64,000 nt of DNA, from the NCBI GenBank assembly GCA_024137785.1, contig JAHRHZ010000067.1, positions 5,130,168-5,194,167 of the forward strand. The letters run 5' to 3'. This DNA comes from Ginglymostoma cirratum. Taxonomy: Eukaryota. The translations under genes and the position numbers were made by a program. Shown here one piece after another: positions 63,743-64,000 of the stretch. The notes beneath the pieces were generated by a model that saw only the letters and a program-made list of their open reading frames with translations, searched no databases and was not told the origin of the DNA. Every line of letters begins with the position of its first letter. Position 1 is the stretch's first letter.

Positions 63743-64000
63743 CATCAACTGGCTTGTCTTCTATCGGGTGGGGGCAAGTGCGTCCAAATTGGCAATACTC
63801 AGCGGTCGTCAAGGCCGCCGTGAGTGGAGCTAAGTACGTACCGTACCGGTGGTATAGCTCGCATGTGGCACTACTCAGTGCATGCCTGACAAACGGGTCG
63901 GCCTCGAGGTCAGCAACCAACTTTGGTTGATTTCCTGGGGGGAATCGGTAGAACCGTGCCAGCAACTACAGCATATGGCTGCAGCTCGGCTTGCCCAAGA
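63672..64000 (-). CDS. Hypothetical protein of the virus-like element, C-terminal part (start outside window)
   Basis: ...PPGNQPKLVADLEADPFVRHALSSATCELYHRYGTYLAPLTAALTTAEYCQF...; overlaps the start of the next gene. Confidence 0.55.

Larger units (their letters stand above)
58305..64000. mobile_element. Endogenous Polinton-like / Tlr1-like DNA virus element (left part; continues beyond window)
   Basis: Abrupt shift to GC/CpG-rich, intronless, tightly packed genes; PolB and SF1 helicase motifs on +, integrase N-terminus and small-gene cluster on -; terminal hairpin. Confidence 0.8.

Noticed and set aside
58305-64000. Bacterial or phage contamination
   Set aside because: It joins directly to a shark Penelope fragment and carries many frameshifts, stops and CpG-type transitions typical of neutral decay in a methylated genome; long-read confirmation is still desirable.
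1-64000. CRISPR arrays, rRNA, prokaryotic operons
   Set aside because: No regularly spaced repeats or rRNA-like sequence; vertebrate genomic context.

Overview
Eukaryotic, AT-rich genomic DNA from an elasmobranch (shark): HE1 SINEs, CR1/HER1 LINE remnants and Penelope-like elements. It holds one complete + strand host gene, a VEZF1-like C2H2 zinc-finger transcription factor (CDS 8805-42898, six coding exons, 417 aa by my exon assembly). That gene includes a GC-donor cassette exon adding two MAZ-type fingers (8 in total). Downstream is a decayed Gmr1-type Gypsy element (integrase upstream of RT). From ~58305 to the window end lies a GC/CpG-rich, gene-dense, intronless endogenous virus-like element inserted into a Penelope copy. 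It has a terminal hairpin, a frameshifted family-B DNA polymerase apparently fused to a superfamily-1 helicase (the Polinton-like virus / Tlr1 / transpoviron signature), a truncated retroviral-type integrase and a convergent cluster of small membrane, coiled-coil and basic protein genes. This element is the most interesting item and continues beyond the window. All calls were made by eye; repeat boundaries are approximate.
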